Of a stretch of 64,000 bases of DNA, positions 38,862 to 49,900 are shown one piece after another. Both the position numbers and the translations under genes were made by a program. This DNA comes from Geosiphon pyriformis uo1 (lineage: Eukaryota; Fungi; Glomeromycota). Under the pieces are notes generated by a model. It searched no databases. It saw nothing but the letters and a program-made list of their open reading frames with translations, and was not told where the DNA came from. The DNA is taken from positions 1-64,000 of the forward strand of contig JAAOMT010000577.1 in assembly GCA_016748015.1 (NCBI GenBank). The letters are read 5' to 3'. Position 1 is the stretch's first letter. Each line of letters opens with the position of its first letter.

Positions 38862-39449
38862 TTATAAATAATCTCCTGTCCAGTAGAAAAAATTCAAAGA
38901 AATGATACATAAACGAAAGCTTCTTTGCCTTTCATTTAAATTTTGCTTGGAAAGTGAATCAAATACATCTTGCACAATTTTTTGTGCTTCTTTCTTCTTT
39001 CGTACATTTTTCGGTATAATTAATTCAAGAGATTGAGATATTTTGTTTTGGTTTTTAATTGTCATCCTTCTTCTTTATCTTCAGTATTGGTTGTAAGACT
39101 GTGATCGGAGGCAACTTGGGATAAAAGTTCTTTGCATATTTCATCAATATCTTGTCTCTTGATGGTTACTTGGATTGGAGTATCAGGAATAGAAATATTT
39201 GATTCGGGTTTTTTGTCACATTTATTATTATTATTATTATTGTTATTATTGGCTTTTGTATCCTGCGGCTGTTGAAGATTTTGCTCTTCGACAGATGGCA
39301 GGGTAGGTGATTGGGAAGTCACTGAAAATGTTGAACAAACTGGAATTTTAATAGGAGTTTGCTTCTTTTTCATTTCTTCGATAGCCCATTTGAGCTCGGC
39401 AATCTCGCTCAGCATTTTGTTGTCTCAATAAATCTAGTTCCGATGACAT
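38862..39449 (-). pseudogene. Frameshifted copy of a coiled-coil-leader hypothetical protein
   Basis: ATG 39449 MSSELDLLRQQN, frameshift into MLSEIAELKWAIEEMKK, second frameshift near 39062 (QNKISQSLELIIPKNVRKKKEAQKIVQDVF). Confidence 0.5.
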
Positions 39450-40097
39450 ATATTTTATATATTTTTATTTTCTATTTGTGTATTTATGTGTAATGATTTT
39501 TAATAATGGGCCGTCACAGAAAAATCAAGTTAGTACATGTACAGCATATAATACATTTCCGCATTTATTAAATATTCAGAATGATCTTGTATTTACATGA
39601 CACACCCTGACGCACGTTCACATAAATCTATAAACAAAAGTTTTAAAAATTCAAAGCCCAATCTGGGGAAACTTATTATTTTTTCATTGACATAAAGAGG
39701 CCGAGTTAAGTAAAAAATCAATGTGATGGACTAGATTACGTTTAAAGGAAGGAATTACGCCCGCATTTTAAAGGTTAGGATAAAGATTTTGTACAAGTAA
39801 CAAAAATAAGTTTATATATTTCTCAAAGATCGCATGTAGTAGAGGGGCGAGAATCTCTCTCTAAAAGATATAGTAATAGTAGGTCTCCAATGGTTTAAAG
39901 ATGCATGAAAGGTCATGAATGGTCTACAAATCTTGATAGTGTAAATCATGGTGTCCACAGTGTTCTGGAAGACGTCTTATAAGAGCCGATTCATTTACAC
40001 AATTGTCACAATTAATGCAAAGATTGGCTTTTGGATCTGTTTATTAATATATTATTAAAAATAAACTACAGCTGGAGAGATATATGTAAGATTTTTA

Positions 40098-40360
40098 TTA
40101 ATAAGGTTTTATATTATTAGCAATCCAAGTCTTCATCCTATCTATAAAAATATAATTAATATCAAAAATATTTTGACCCGTAGCTATACCCAAGATAATT
40201 TTCTTAATGAGACATTTTATCTGCAAACAAATCATAACCATTAAGAAGTAGAAACGTAGAAATAGGCGAATGACCAGTTCTCTTATTTTCATTCAAAAAT
40301 GAATAACGCTCTCTCCAAGACCAGAAGCCATTCTATATAGTGATGCATTTTCATAAAAAA
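40098..40360 (-). pseudogene. Fic/Doc (death-on-curing-like) domain relic
   Basis: Three frames join as FYENASLYRMASGLGESVIH / FLNENKRTGHSPISTFLLLNGYDLFADK / IKKIILGIATGQ...IDRMKTWIANNIKPY*. This follows the Doc pattern HxFxDGNKRT...FLxLNG...vlxvAxG...W. Confidence 0.7.
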
Positions 40361-40378
40361 ATTAGATTATATATTGTA

Positions 40379-40420
<42 letters not shown>

Positions 40421-40859
40421 GATTTTATATAATTGAAATTGAAATTATATAATAAAATACTTGAATAACGATTATTTTATTAACTGTTAATAATATTTAC
40501 TTTTAATCAAATTTGATAAATTGGTTTATATATTTTACTTTTATTATTTCTATATATATATATATTGTTTAATTTATTTTAAACTTTATTTTTGATTCAA
40601 TCAAAATATAATTTTTTTGGTTTTTTAAATATATACTTAAGAAAATTGTTAACCATCCTCGATTTTTATTAACCATTTTAAACTAAAGTGATTTTTAGCT
40701 TTCAAAATACAAATAGCATTAATGAGAGAACGGTTTACAGTCAATTATATATAATATTTTATAATTATATTTTTAAACATAAAAGAAGAACCGATTCCTT
40801 CATCTGTTTCAAACTGTTTTATAATTAAATAATCAATAAAATCAATTAAATATCATTAT

Positions 40860-41500
40860 TAAAGTGGTTACTGATTTCGATTTAATCAGAACTTGAATTC
40901 ATAGGTTGCACACATACCATGCTAACTTGACCAAACGCCAAATCCAACTCTGAAAAAAGGCTTTTATATTAAAAGAAATAATAATAATTGAAAAGCTTAC
41001 CATTTTGAACAATTATATGGCTTGAGATTTTTTGACCTCTATTAAATGTCCTATTTTTTATCTTTTTGAAATTAAATTTTTTTCTACCGTTAAATTTATT
41101 TAAGTTACAGTTATCGTGAGAAGGGTATGTCCCGCCTCTGCTGCTTTTGAATAGAGTTCCTCATTTTTCGTTGTTCCCCTTCAATTACTGTAACAACAAC
41201 CTAAGAAGAATTTTCCAAAAGAATCTTCTGCGTTTGCTGCTTTCTGAAATTTTTCTACATATGCTTTTATTGAATCGGTAATAGTTCCAATCCCATATTT
41301 TAAGCAAAACATGGTCTATCGAATGCTTTGAACTTTTGTTGTTCAAGTACTGGAATAAATCTTCAGGTATTTTCTGATTGTACTCAAGATCTTTTTTCAC
41401 TAATTCAGGGACTTTTGAATAAAGATTTTTCAGACCCCTTTCCTTGATGATAATGAATCCTCCTTCAAAGGTGAGGTTTTTTTTTTCAATTCATGAAGTT
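40860..41500 (-). pseudogene. Sel1-repeat gene relic
   Basis: KIPEDLFQYL..., then in another frame KYGIGTITDSIKAYVEKFQKAANAEDSFGKFFLGCCYSN*RGTTKNEELYSKAAEAGH. Stops and frameshifts; boundaries approximate. Confidence 0.7.
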
Positions 41501-44019
41501 AAAGACATGATTTTCAAACAACTCAAATATATTATCAAATTTTGAATATTTTGTATGGTGTAAAGAAGGATTTCAACTAGAAGAACATTCCCGAAAAGGT
41601 TAGGCTTTGAAGAAATCTGAAACGCTAGAAAGTTCTGAAATAGACGCCTGTTTCAATAGCTCATTCTTTTAATATCAGAGATAGATTTAGTAACAAGTTT
41701 AATATAATTTCTTTGGCTCTCGCTTGCATAAAGTTTATCTTGGATTTCAGGGAGCCGATTTTGGAAATAAATTATTATATAAAATCTTTATATTACCTTG
41801 AAATTCAATTCGAAATTTTTAAATGTTAAATTTTCCAAATTTTTAACTGTTTAGGGGATCTTTCACTTGGCAGATATTTTGTATAAGCTTTTTAGGAATT
41901 TTGTTAAATACTATATATATTGCTTGAGATTTGAATATTTTAGATAAAGTCTACTTATAAAAGTTAATCTTTGCTCTGAAATGATTTATTTTTGAAGTAC
42001 ATGTATAATCGTTTTGAAATTTAATGCATTCGGCATTACTTCGCAAAATAGGAATATTTTAACTCTAATGAAACAATCAATAGATTTCAATTAAAGAAAG
42101 AAATTGAGTACATTGAAGCTTAAATATATTTTTCACAAAGTACATTAATATCAAAATTGTGAAATATTTTATAATGAACCCACAAAATGCTTTATTCAAT
42201 CAAAACCAAAAACTTGTATCAAAATTTATAATCTTTTAAGCTTTCAGGTTTGAGATTTTTATCACAATTCATTCTTTTTTAAAGAATTTTACAAAGTTAT
42301 ACATAATTCTAACAAGAATTTATTTCTTTTGTGAGCATAAAAAATTTTAGAACTTTTAAGTTAAACCATTTTAAATAAAAAAAATTTTCAACTGATTGTG
42401 TTAGTATAAGTTTAGAAATAAAATTTTCCTCGCCAGTCAAATTCAGAAAAATATTACTTATATACTATCAGCTCAAGATCAAGATCAAAAATCAATAACA
42501 CTTTCAAAAAAAAATATAGGAATTTTTAAGATTTTGGTTAAGAATTAATCATATAATTGGTTGAATAATGAAAAAATAATGCATAACTTTTATTAAATTA
42601 AAGCTAGCAGCTTTTTGTGAATACACCAAATAAGAATTTGGGTTTAAGAATTTTTTTTCATTAAATATCCTGATTTCGAAGCCTGTTAGGTTCATCATCA
42701 AATGACTTTTCTATAAAATTCTTTAAACTATTTTAATTTTCATACTAGAAAATCAGAAAATTTGTATTTCTATATATTTTGGAAATCAATAATCAATTTT
42801 TATATAGAGTATATTTTAATTTTGTAAATAGATTCAATTAAATTATGATTAATAGGTGTAAAAAGATGTAAATTAAAAAAGATACGATTAATTATTTATA
42901 TATTAAACATAATTAAAATTTTTTAAAAAAAAGTTTGTTTATTAAAAATAATTGAAGTTACACTTTAACATAAATTTTTTATTAATTTTTTATAATTTTA
43001 TAATTTTTTTAATTAATATTGTAAATTTCAATACAATTTAACATATTATTTATTAATTAACAATATATTTTAAATAGTTTATCATGTTAAATAATAATTT
43101 ATTTTATAGATTGTTATAAATCAAATTAAATACATTAAAAAATATTTTTAAAAAAAAAAGTAACTAGAAGTAATATAAATTCAACTTAAAGAAATATTAA
43201 CCAGAAAAAAAATTGAATGTTTAAACAATTTAATTAATGTAATCAATTCCAAAATCACAATTACAATAAATAACACAGCTGCTATAATTTATGTTTATAT
43301 TGATATTTTTTAAAATTTAACACAAGATTTTTAACAGTTTTTTATTCAATGAATTACAAGAGAAAATATCTTACTTTTTAATCTAATTCTAACAAAAATA
43401 TAAATAAAAAGAGATAAAATTAATATTGTTCTAAAAATAAAAAAATATTAACAATAAAATAGTTTATCCATATTATTTAAAAATTGGACATTTTGTGTTT
43501 TGAAATCGCATCACATTTCGGAACAGAGGCAAATGAAAATGATCTTGTTTACAAATTATTCGATTGAAATGTTTTTTTAGGCAGTAGACATCATATTCTG
43601 ATGAAATATAAAAATAATAAATTTTTTATTTTTAAATTCAAAAATTAGCACAATTTTTCGTCATCAAGCTTTGAAAAAATAATTAATTTGCGATATAGAT
43701 ATGACAGTATCAAATCCAAGACATTAAGAAATTACAATATTAAAGAATTCCTGATGTGCTTAAAAAGGTGTTATTTTGAAATTTTAGCTATTTAGTAAAT
43801 TTCACCGATGAAATATTTGCTTAATAATGTATATCGATAAAATGCTGGTAATATCATGTTCAAAATCGCGAAAATAAATGTACCACCTTTTTCTCTTCCC
43901 CCTCCTATTTCTTGAGGTAATCTCTCAAAATTCTGATATCACCACCTCTGCTATCAAGAAGCAAAAATAGAACTTCAAGCGACAAATCAACTCCTCTCTC
44001 CTCAGCGATATATCAATTT

Positions 44020-44566
44020 CAGATGTAGACAAGATTAGCGAACATTCTATAGTTCGCATTTAAAAATACTTGGATGATCTCATTTGCTAAAAGGATAATA
44101 TATTAGCATCCTCCTCAAAACGTAAGAATAAAATAGCCTGGGGATTTGATAAAACGATTTTTCGAATGCGGTAAAAATTTATACGTCTACAAAGTGAAAT
44201 TCAACGGAAATCAGTTAGATTCTTTACCCGCGAATTTGATGCCATTATCATTCCTCCTTTTTAAGTATCAGATATGGTGAATCCTAAGACAAGAAAGATT
44301 ACACGAAAAACTTTTCAGAAAATACTTTGTTGGGCGCATTATCGCTTTCGACAACGCCTGATCAGCAAGGCCGAGGAATTAGGAATTCGTCTTATTATCC
44401 AGAACAAAGCTTATAAATATAAGACTTGTATTTAATCTGTTAACATCAAAGAATCGGAGGGTTCGAAGTGTATAATTGCCGGAATTATGGGATTATGATA
44501 GATAGAGATGAAAATGAAACTCGGGGATCTTTTCTCGGGGCATTGGTTGATGGAGCCTGGTCATAG
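44020..44566 (+). pseudogene. Fanzor (eukaryotic TnpB-like RNA-guided nuclease) C-terminal relic
   Basis: ...RMR*KFIRLQSEIQRKSVRFFTREFDAIIIPPF*VSDMVNPKTRKITRKTFQKILCWAHYRFRQRLISKAEELGIRLIIQNKAYKYKTC, frameshift, IGGFEVYNCRNYGIMIDRDENETRGSFLGALVDG. This gives a RuvC-II region, a degenerate zinc finger and RuvC-III (DRDxN). Confidence 0.85.
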
Positions 44567-45323
44567 AGTGACCATACAGGAGCACCATCTCAGAAAGTAA
44601 TATCAATTTGAAATGTCAGATATTGTAATAATTATTTTTAGAAAACGAGAGAAACAATTTTTGTTTTTAAAAAATTTATTCATATATTTACTGCGCTGAT
44701 ATACAAATTTTGACTCTAGCTGCATTAAAAAAAGTAGCATAGAAAGATACACAAACCTAATACTTGATTGATTGTTCAATATTTGATACAAATATAGATT
44801 GATTGATCATAACCTTTGCGGGGTGAAATCCGAAAATCTTTATCGGGGTTTCACCTATCCAACCAAAGTTAAAAGATATTTTTTAAGATCAAAATTACCA
44901 TAGACCATAGAATAATTCAGCTTATTTATGTTAATTAAAAACTTTTCTTGTAAACCTTTATTTGGAATAAATTACATGTATTTTCTAAAAATAATACAGG
45001 GTAACAATTTAAAATATTATGTCATTTTTTAAAGAAACTATTAGAATAGGGGTAGGTTATTTAAACATGTATTTCTCAATTGACAGGAATTACACAGCCA
45101 GTTGACCGTCATACAAACTGAGAAATTGTGGCGGATGAATCTGATAATCGAAAAACAAATTATTTCTAAACTCTTTACAATTGATATTTTTCTTTTCTTA
45201 TTTATAAATCAAGATGGCAGTGCATTATTACATGCTCTCATAGGTTCGCATGAACAATATGTTAAAAATCAACGAATAGAAAAATCCATCAGTTAGCTCG
45301 CAAGAGTTTTGGCTTTTATGAAA

Positions 45324-45346
45324 CTCTCATAGAGACTCTATGAGAG
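45324..45346. promoter_or_regulatory. Perfect 23-bp palindrome upstream of the repeat-peptide gene
   Basis: CTCTCATAGAG-A-CTCTATGAGAG, about 65 bp upstream of TATAAAA (45412-45418) and 244 bp upstream of ATG 45590. Confidence 0.4.
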
Positions 45347-45589
45347 GTCAAATACAAACAAAAGAAAGAAAGAAAATTGAAAACAGCGTGACTTTGCCGA
45401 GGAGAATAATATATAAAAAGATGGGGAGGGCTTCAGAAAAGTTCATTGCTTCAAATCCCAAGTCTTTTATCCAACAAGTTTAGCAAATTTGATCTCATCA
45501 AATTATTTCCACAATCCAAAGAAAGAATCCGTTTTAAAGCTTCCAATTTTTGAGCCCAACTTTTAGATCTTTATAATTTCATTTCAAAA

Positions 45590-46525
45590 ATGGCACCAAA
45601 ATTCATCGCTTTATCTGCTTTGGCATATGCCGCTCTTATTTCTTTTGTTCTTTCTGCCAATGCTGATACAAATGTCAACGATAAACGTGGTAGTGGAAAT
45701 GGTAACAATAATGGCAATGGAAACAATGGTTCATTCAATGGCAACGGTAATGGAAACAACAACCAGGGATCATTAAATGGAAATTCCAACGGAAATTATA
45801 ATGATGGTTCATTCAATGGTAACGGTAATGGAAACAACAACGTGGGTTGGTTTAATGGAAATTACAACGGAAATTTCAACCATAAACGTGGTAGTGGAAA
45901 TGGCAACAATAATGGCAATGGAAACAATGGTTCATTCAATGGCAATGGTAATGGAAACAACAACCAGGGATCATTAAATGGAAATTCCAACGGAAATTAT
46001 AATGATGGTTCATTCAATGGTAACGGTAATGGAAACAACAATGTGGGTTGGTTTAATGGAAATTACAACGGAAATTTCAACCATAAACGTGGTAGTGGAA
46101 ATGGTAACAATAATGGCAATGGAAACAATGGTTCATTCAATGGCAACGGTAATGGAAACAACAATCAGGGATCATTAAATGGAAATTCCAACGGAAATTA
46201 TAATGATGGTTCATTCAATGGTAACGGTAATGGAAACAACAATGTGGGTTGGTTTAATGGAAATTACAACGGAAATTTCAACCATAAACGTGGTAGTGGA
46301 AATGGTAACAATAATGGCAATGGAAACAATGGTTCATTCAATGGCAACGGTAATGGAAACAACAATCAGGGATCATTAAATGGAAATTCCAACGGAAATT
46401 ATAATGATGGTTCATTCAATGGTAACGGTAATGGAAACAACAATGTGGGTTGGTTTAATGGAAATTACAACGGAAATTTCAACCATAAACGTGGTAGCGG
46501 AGTGTGGAAACGCCAGGATCAATAA
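45590..46525 (+). CDS. Secreted Kex2-processed repeat protein (KEP): precursor of four identical 65-aa Asn/Gly-rich peptides
   Basis: Hydrophobic signal peptide ending ..SANA, short pro-piece DTNVNDKR, 4 x (65 aa + KR), tail GSGVWKRQDQ. Intronless. Confidence 0.92.
   Translation: MAPKFIALSALAYAALISFVLSANADTNVNDKRGSGNGNNNGNGNNGSFNGNGNGNNNQGSLNGNSNGNYNDGSFNGNGNGNNNVGWFNGNYNGNFNHKRGSGNGNNNGNGNNGSFNGNGNGNNNQGSLNGNSNGNYNDGSFNGNGNGNNNVGWFNGNYNGNFNHKRGSGNGNNNGNGNNGSFNGNGNGNNNQGSLNGNSNGNYNDGSFNGNGNGNNNVGWFNGNYNGNFNHKRGSGNGNNNGNGNNGSFNGNGNGNNNQGSLNGNSNGNYNDGSFNGNGNGNNNVGWFNGNYNGNFNHKRGSGVWKRQDQ
45689..46492 (+). repeat. 4 x 201-bp coding tandem repeat with 39-bp internal periodicity
   Basis: Units 45689-45889, 45890-46090, 46091-46291, 46292-46492; identical peptides, only synonymous differences seen. 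Confidence 0.95.
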
Positions 46526-46921
46526 AGCCTCCATGAATGAGCTGTGCGCTTTGGTTTCGTAGACTTATCGTTGCGTCTCATAGACCCAGGAAAATGTCCA
46601 TTTGAGAATATGTAAGTTTGCCGTCAGGTTTAATCCTCTATGGATAGGGCCACTGTTCTTAGTTCGAACTGGAAAGGCCAGAGCACGTGTTTATCCTTAT
46701 TATATATAAAATGTACTTTAATAGCGTTAAAATTAAATTTACTTCTCTGTCAGTTAGACCATTTCTTCATTCCTTTAATAAAAGGTCACACTATCCAAAT
46801 TAGGAACACATTTTTGCAAAAACTCGAGTTGACATATAAATACCGGAAAATTTAATATTTTAAGTTGTCTGTTAAAATACAATTTTATTTGTTATGTAAA
46901 AATAAGTACTACAAATATATA

Positions 46922-49900
46922 TTTTTTTATTTATTTAAAATCACACCGGATCCTAAAATAAGTGTGGCTCATGATTTTTCTACACGTGACCAGCCACTCG
47001 AGCCAAACAAGGTTACGCTATATGCCTATATTAACAGAAGCACACATGCGCCCACAGAGACCAAAACCAACTAACTTACTTTATTATTCTATCAATAGTC
47101 AAATCAAAAGTTATTGTTTCAGTATTGTTAGATTTCTTAGATGTATGCTGTTGGTATTTGTTGCTTCAATAAATAGAGTGTTAAAAGTAAGTAATTTCAA
47201 TGAGATGAATAGTATTTGACATAATTTTATAATTTTAATTAATAAGTTTATTGTAAATAATTGATAAGTTTTATTTAAAAGAGTTTATTTCACTTATTAG
47301 ATTTCTAATTTCTGAATTAAATGTTTTTTCTATTTTTATTACTACTATTATATATACATAATTCTTATAATACAAGATATCTTGGAATTCTTAGCTATTT
47401 CTATACTTTTTCTGAAATTTCTGACATTTTTGAAATCTTTAAAATTTTTTTTGATATTCTTAGTATTATGTTTTCTGACTATTCTTACTATATGATTGGT
47501 TAATTTATACTATATTTAACTACTAAATTATTCTATAAATAACATTAAATAAAATGACAACATATTAGTAATGTTATTAAAAATAAAAATTTAAATTTTA
47601 AATAGAAGAAAGTAAAAAACTATTTGGGAATTAAAAACAATAAGCACACTAAAAAATAGTTTTTAGAAATATTTATTATTTTGTAAAAGATTTGTTTAAT
47701 TTTGTGAATTTTTCTAAATAAAAATTCAAATATGCTAAAAAATTTTGACTTAATATGTATTATTACAGTATAATATTTTAAAAAGTATCTAATGTAATTT
47801 AACTGACTAGTATTGCTAAACTTCGAATATATTTTATAAAAGCTTTGTACAAAAGACTGTTAATTATTATAAAGAAAAAATTTTATAATTTTAAGTACTT
47901 AAATATTAACTATATTTATTATGATTTATTAGGAATCTTTAATTATACTTTTTTATGTGTTTTTTATTTTACTGTTAAGAAAAATGTTATTAAAGATTGT
48001 TTGTTAATTAAATTAATTTAACTAGTTATTTATTTGTAAATTTATTAATCCTTTAAACTTTATATAATGTGAATATTAATAATTATATTTATATAACTAT
48101 TGTTAAAAATTTTGTTTTCAAAGATTGGTTTTTAAAATCACACTTAATGTTTGAAAATATTGTTAAAACTAGTATAAATATAATAAATTTTGTTTATAAT
48201 ATGATTATATATTATAGAGCAAATATTTGGTTATTAAATTTTAAGTTTAAGATTAAATATAAAAAAAAAGCCTTATTATTAATAATAGATTAATTTTGGT
48301 TAACATTTGTAATTTGTTTATATTTAGTATTAAGAGGTTATTTATACAAGTTTTGTTTAATTTTTATTTACTTTATTATTTTTATTTTATTTATTTTTGT
48401 TGTATTTGAATTATATTAAACTAATTAATTAAAAAATAAATATTAAAGTTATAATATTATAAATTGCTTAATTAATAATACAAAAATAAACATAAAATTA
48501 ATTCAATAATAATTAAATTGCTTATTAAAAAGATAAAAAACATCAGAATAACTAGTTATTATATTAAAAAAATAAAACACTAAGTATTATTTTATTATAA
48601 CTTGAATTTTTGTCTATTATACAAAAAACTTAACAATTTAAGACTTTTAATTTATTTGTAATACCAATATCAATTGTAAAAATTAGATTAGTTATACTTA
48701 ATTTTAATATGTATATATCTATAAAGTTTGATTATTTAAATTAATAACAATTATATTCAATACAAATATATATTTTAATATTAAAACAACTATTTATAAT
48801 TTAGCCAAGCCAAAATACTATTAATACTATTTTAAAATTTAGCTTTTTAACAAAAAAATTAAAATAACATTCAAATTAACTTTTTTTAAACTTTTTTAAT
48901 TATTTTTTCTTTAATAAAAGCCAAAATAGAATTAAATTATACAAAACTAAATTTTTAAGATTAAGTTTTTTTAATGATAAAAATTTTTTTTATTAAAGCA
49001 AAAACCATAACTTTTTTAAAATTAATTTGTAAAAATAATATCAAATCTCTTAAAAAATATAACTATTTTATAATAACAAGAATAACTAAAAATATTTATT
49101 AATAAAATTTTATTTTTATAATAAAAATCATTAAAAAACTATTAAAAAAGAAGATCTTAAATTCTAAAAAACATTTATTATATTAATTAAAAAATTGTTC
49201 AAAGAATTAATTAATAATTTAACAAAAAATTAAAGTAAATATTATAGTATTTAACTTAAAATTTACAAATTTATTATTTTATAAATAAAAAATTGTTAAA
49301 AATACTATTAGTATTTGTGTAAATTATTATACTAACTATATTTTTTAGTTTAAATTTGTTTAAAAGGCTTTAATTTATATAATAAAAAATAACATAAAGC
49401 TTTATTAAAAATTTTTTAAACAAATTAGTCTTAGATTTTAATTTTTATTTATATTCTTAAAAACAAAATTAAACTGAATTTTATAATTAACAATAAACTA
49501 CAAAATTACGAATATTAAATAAAAACTGTTTATTCAAAATAATTTTCTTTAAAATTATATTTGCAAAAAATTTATTAGCAATATTCAAAATAAACTAAGC
49601 AATAACCTAATTATTTTTAATTTATATTATATTAATAATAAAAGCACTAGCAATCAAATAAATAATCAAGTTAATCTTAGTTTTATTTTTTTAATTCTTG
49701 TAATAAATTTGTAATTAATTTTGTAATTATTTAAATTTTTATTTTTTTTAAAATTACAAAAAAATTGTAAAATATTCTTTAAAATAATGAAAAAAAATCT
49801 TTCTTTAATTCAACTTATTATGTATTTAGTAGTTATTTATTAAGGTAAATTATATTATAATTTTATTAAATTTGTTATTAAGAATATTTTTAAAACATTT

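Noticed and set aside
45689-46492. CRISPR-like array
   Set aside because: Contiguous coding repeats without unique spacers, in a eukaryotic gene.
45777-46562. Four repeated ORFs MEIPTEIIMMVHSM... in the ORF track
   Set aside because: They are alternate-frame shadows of the 201-bp KEP repeat.
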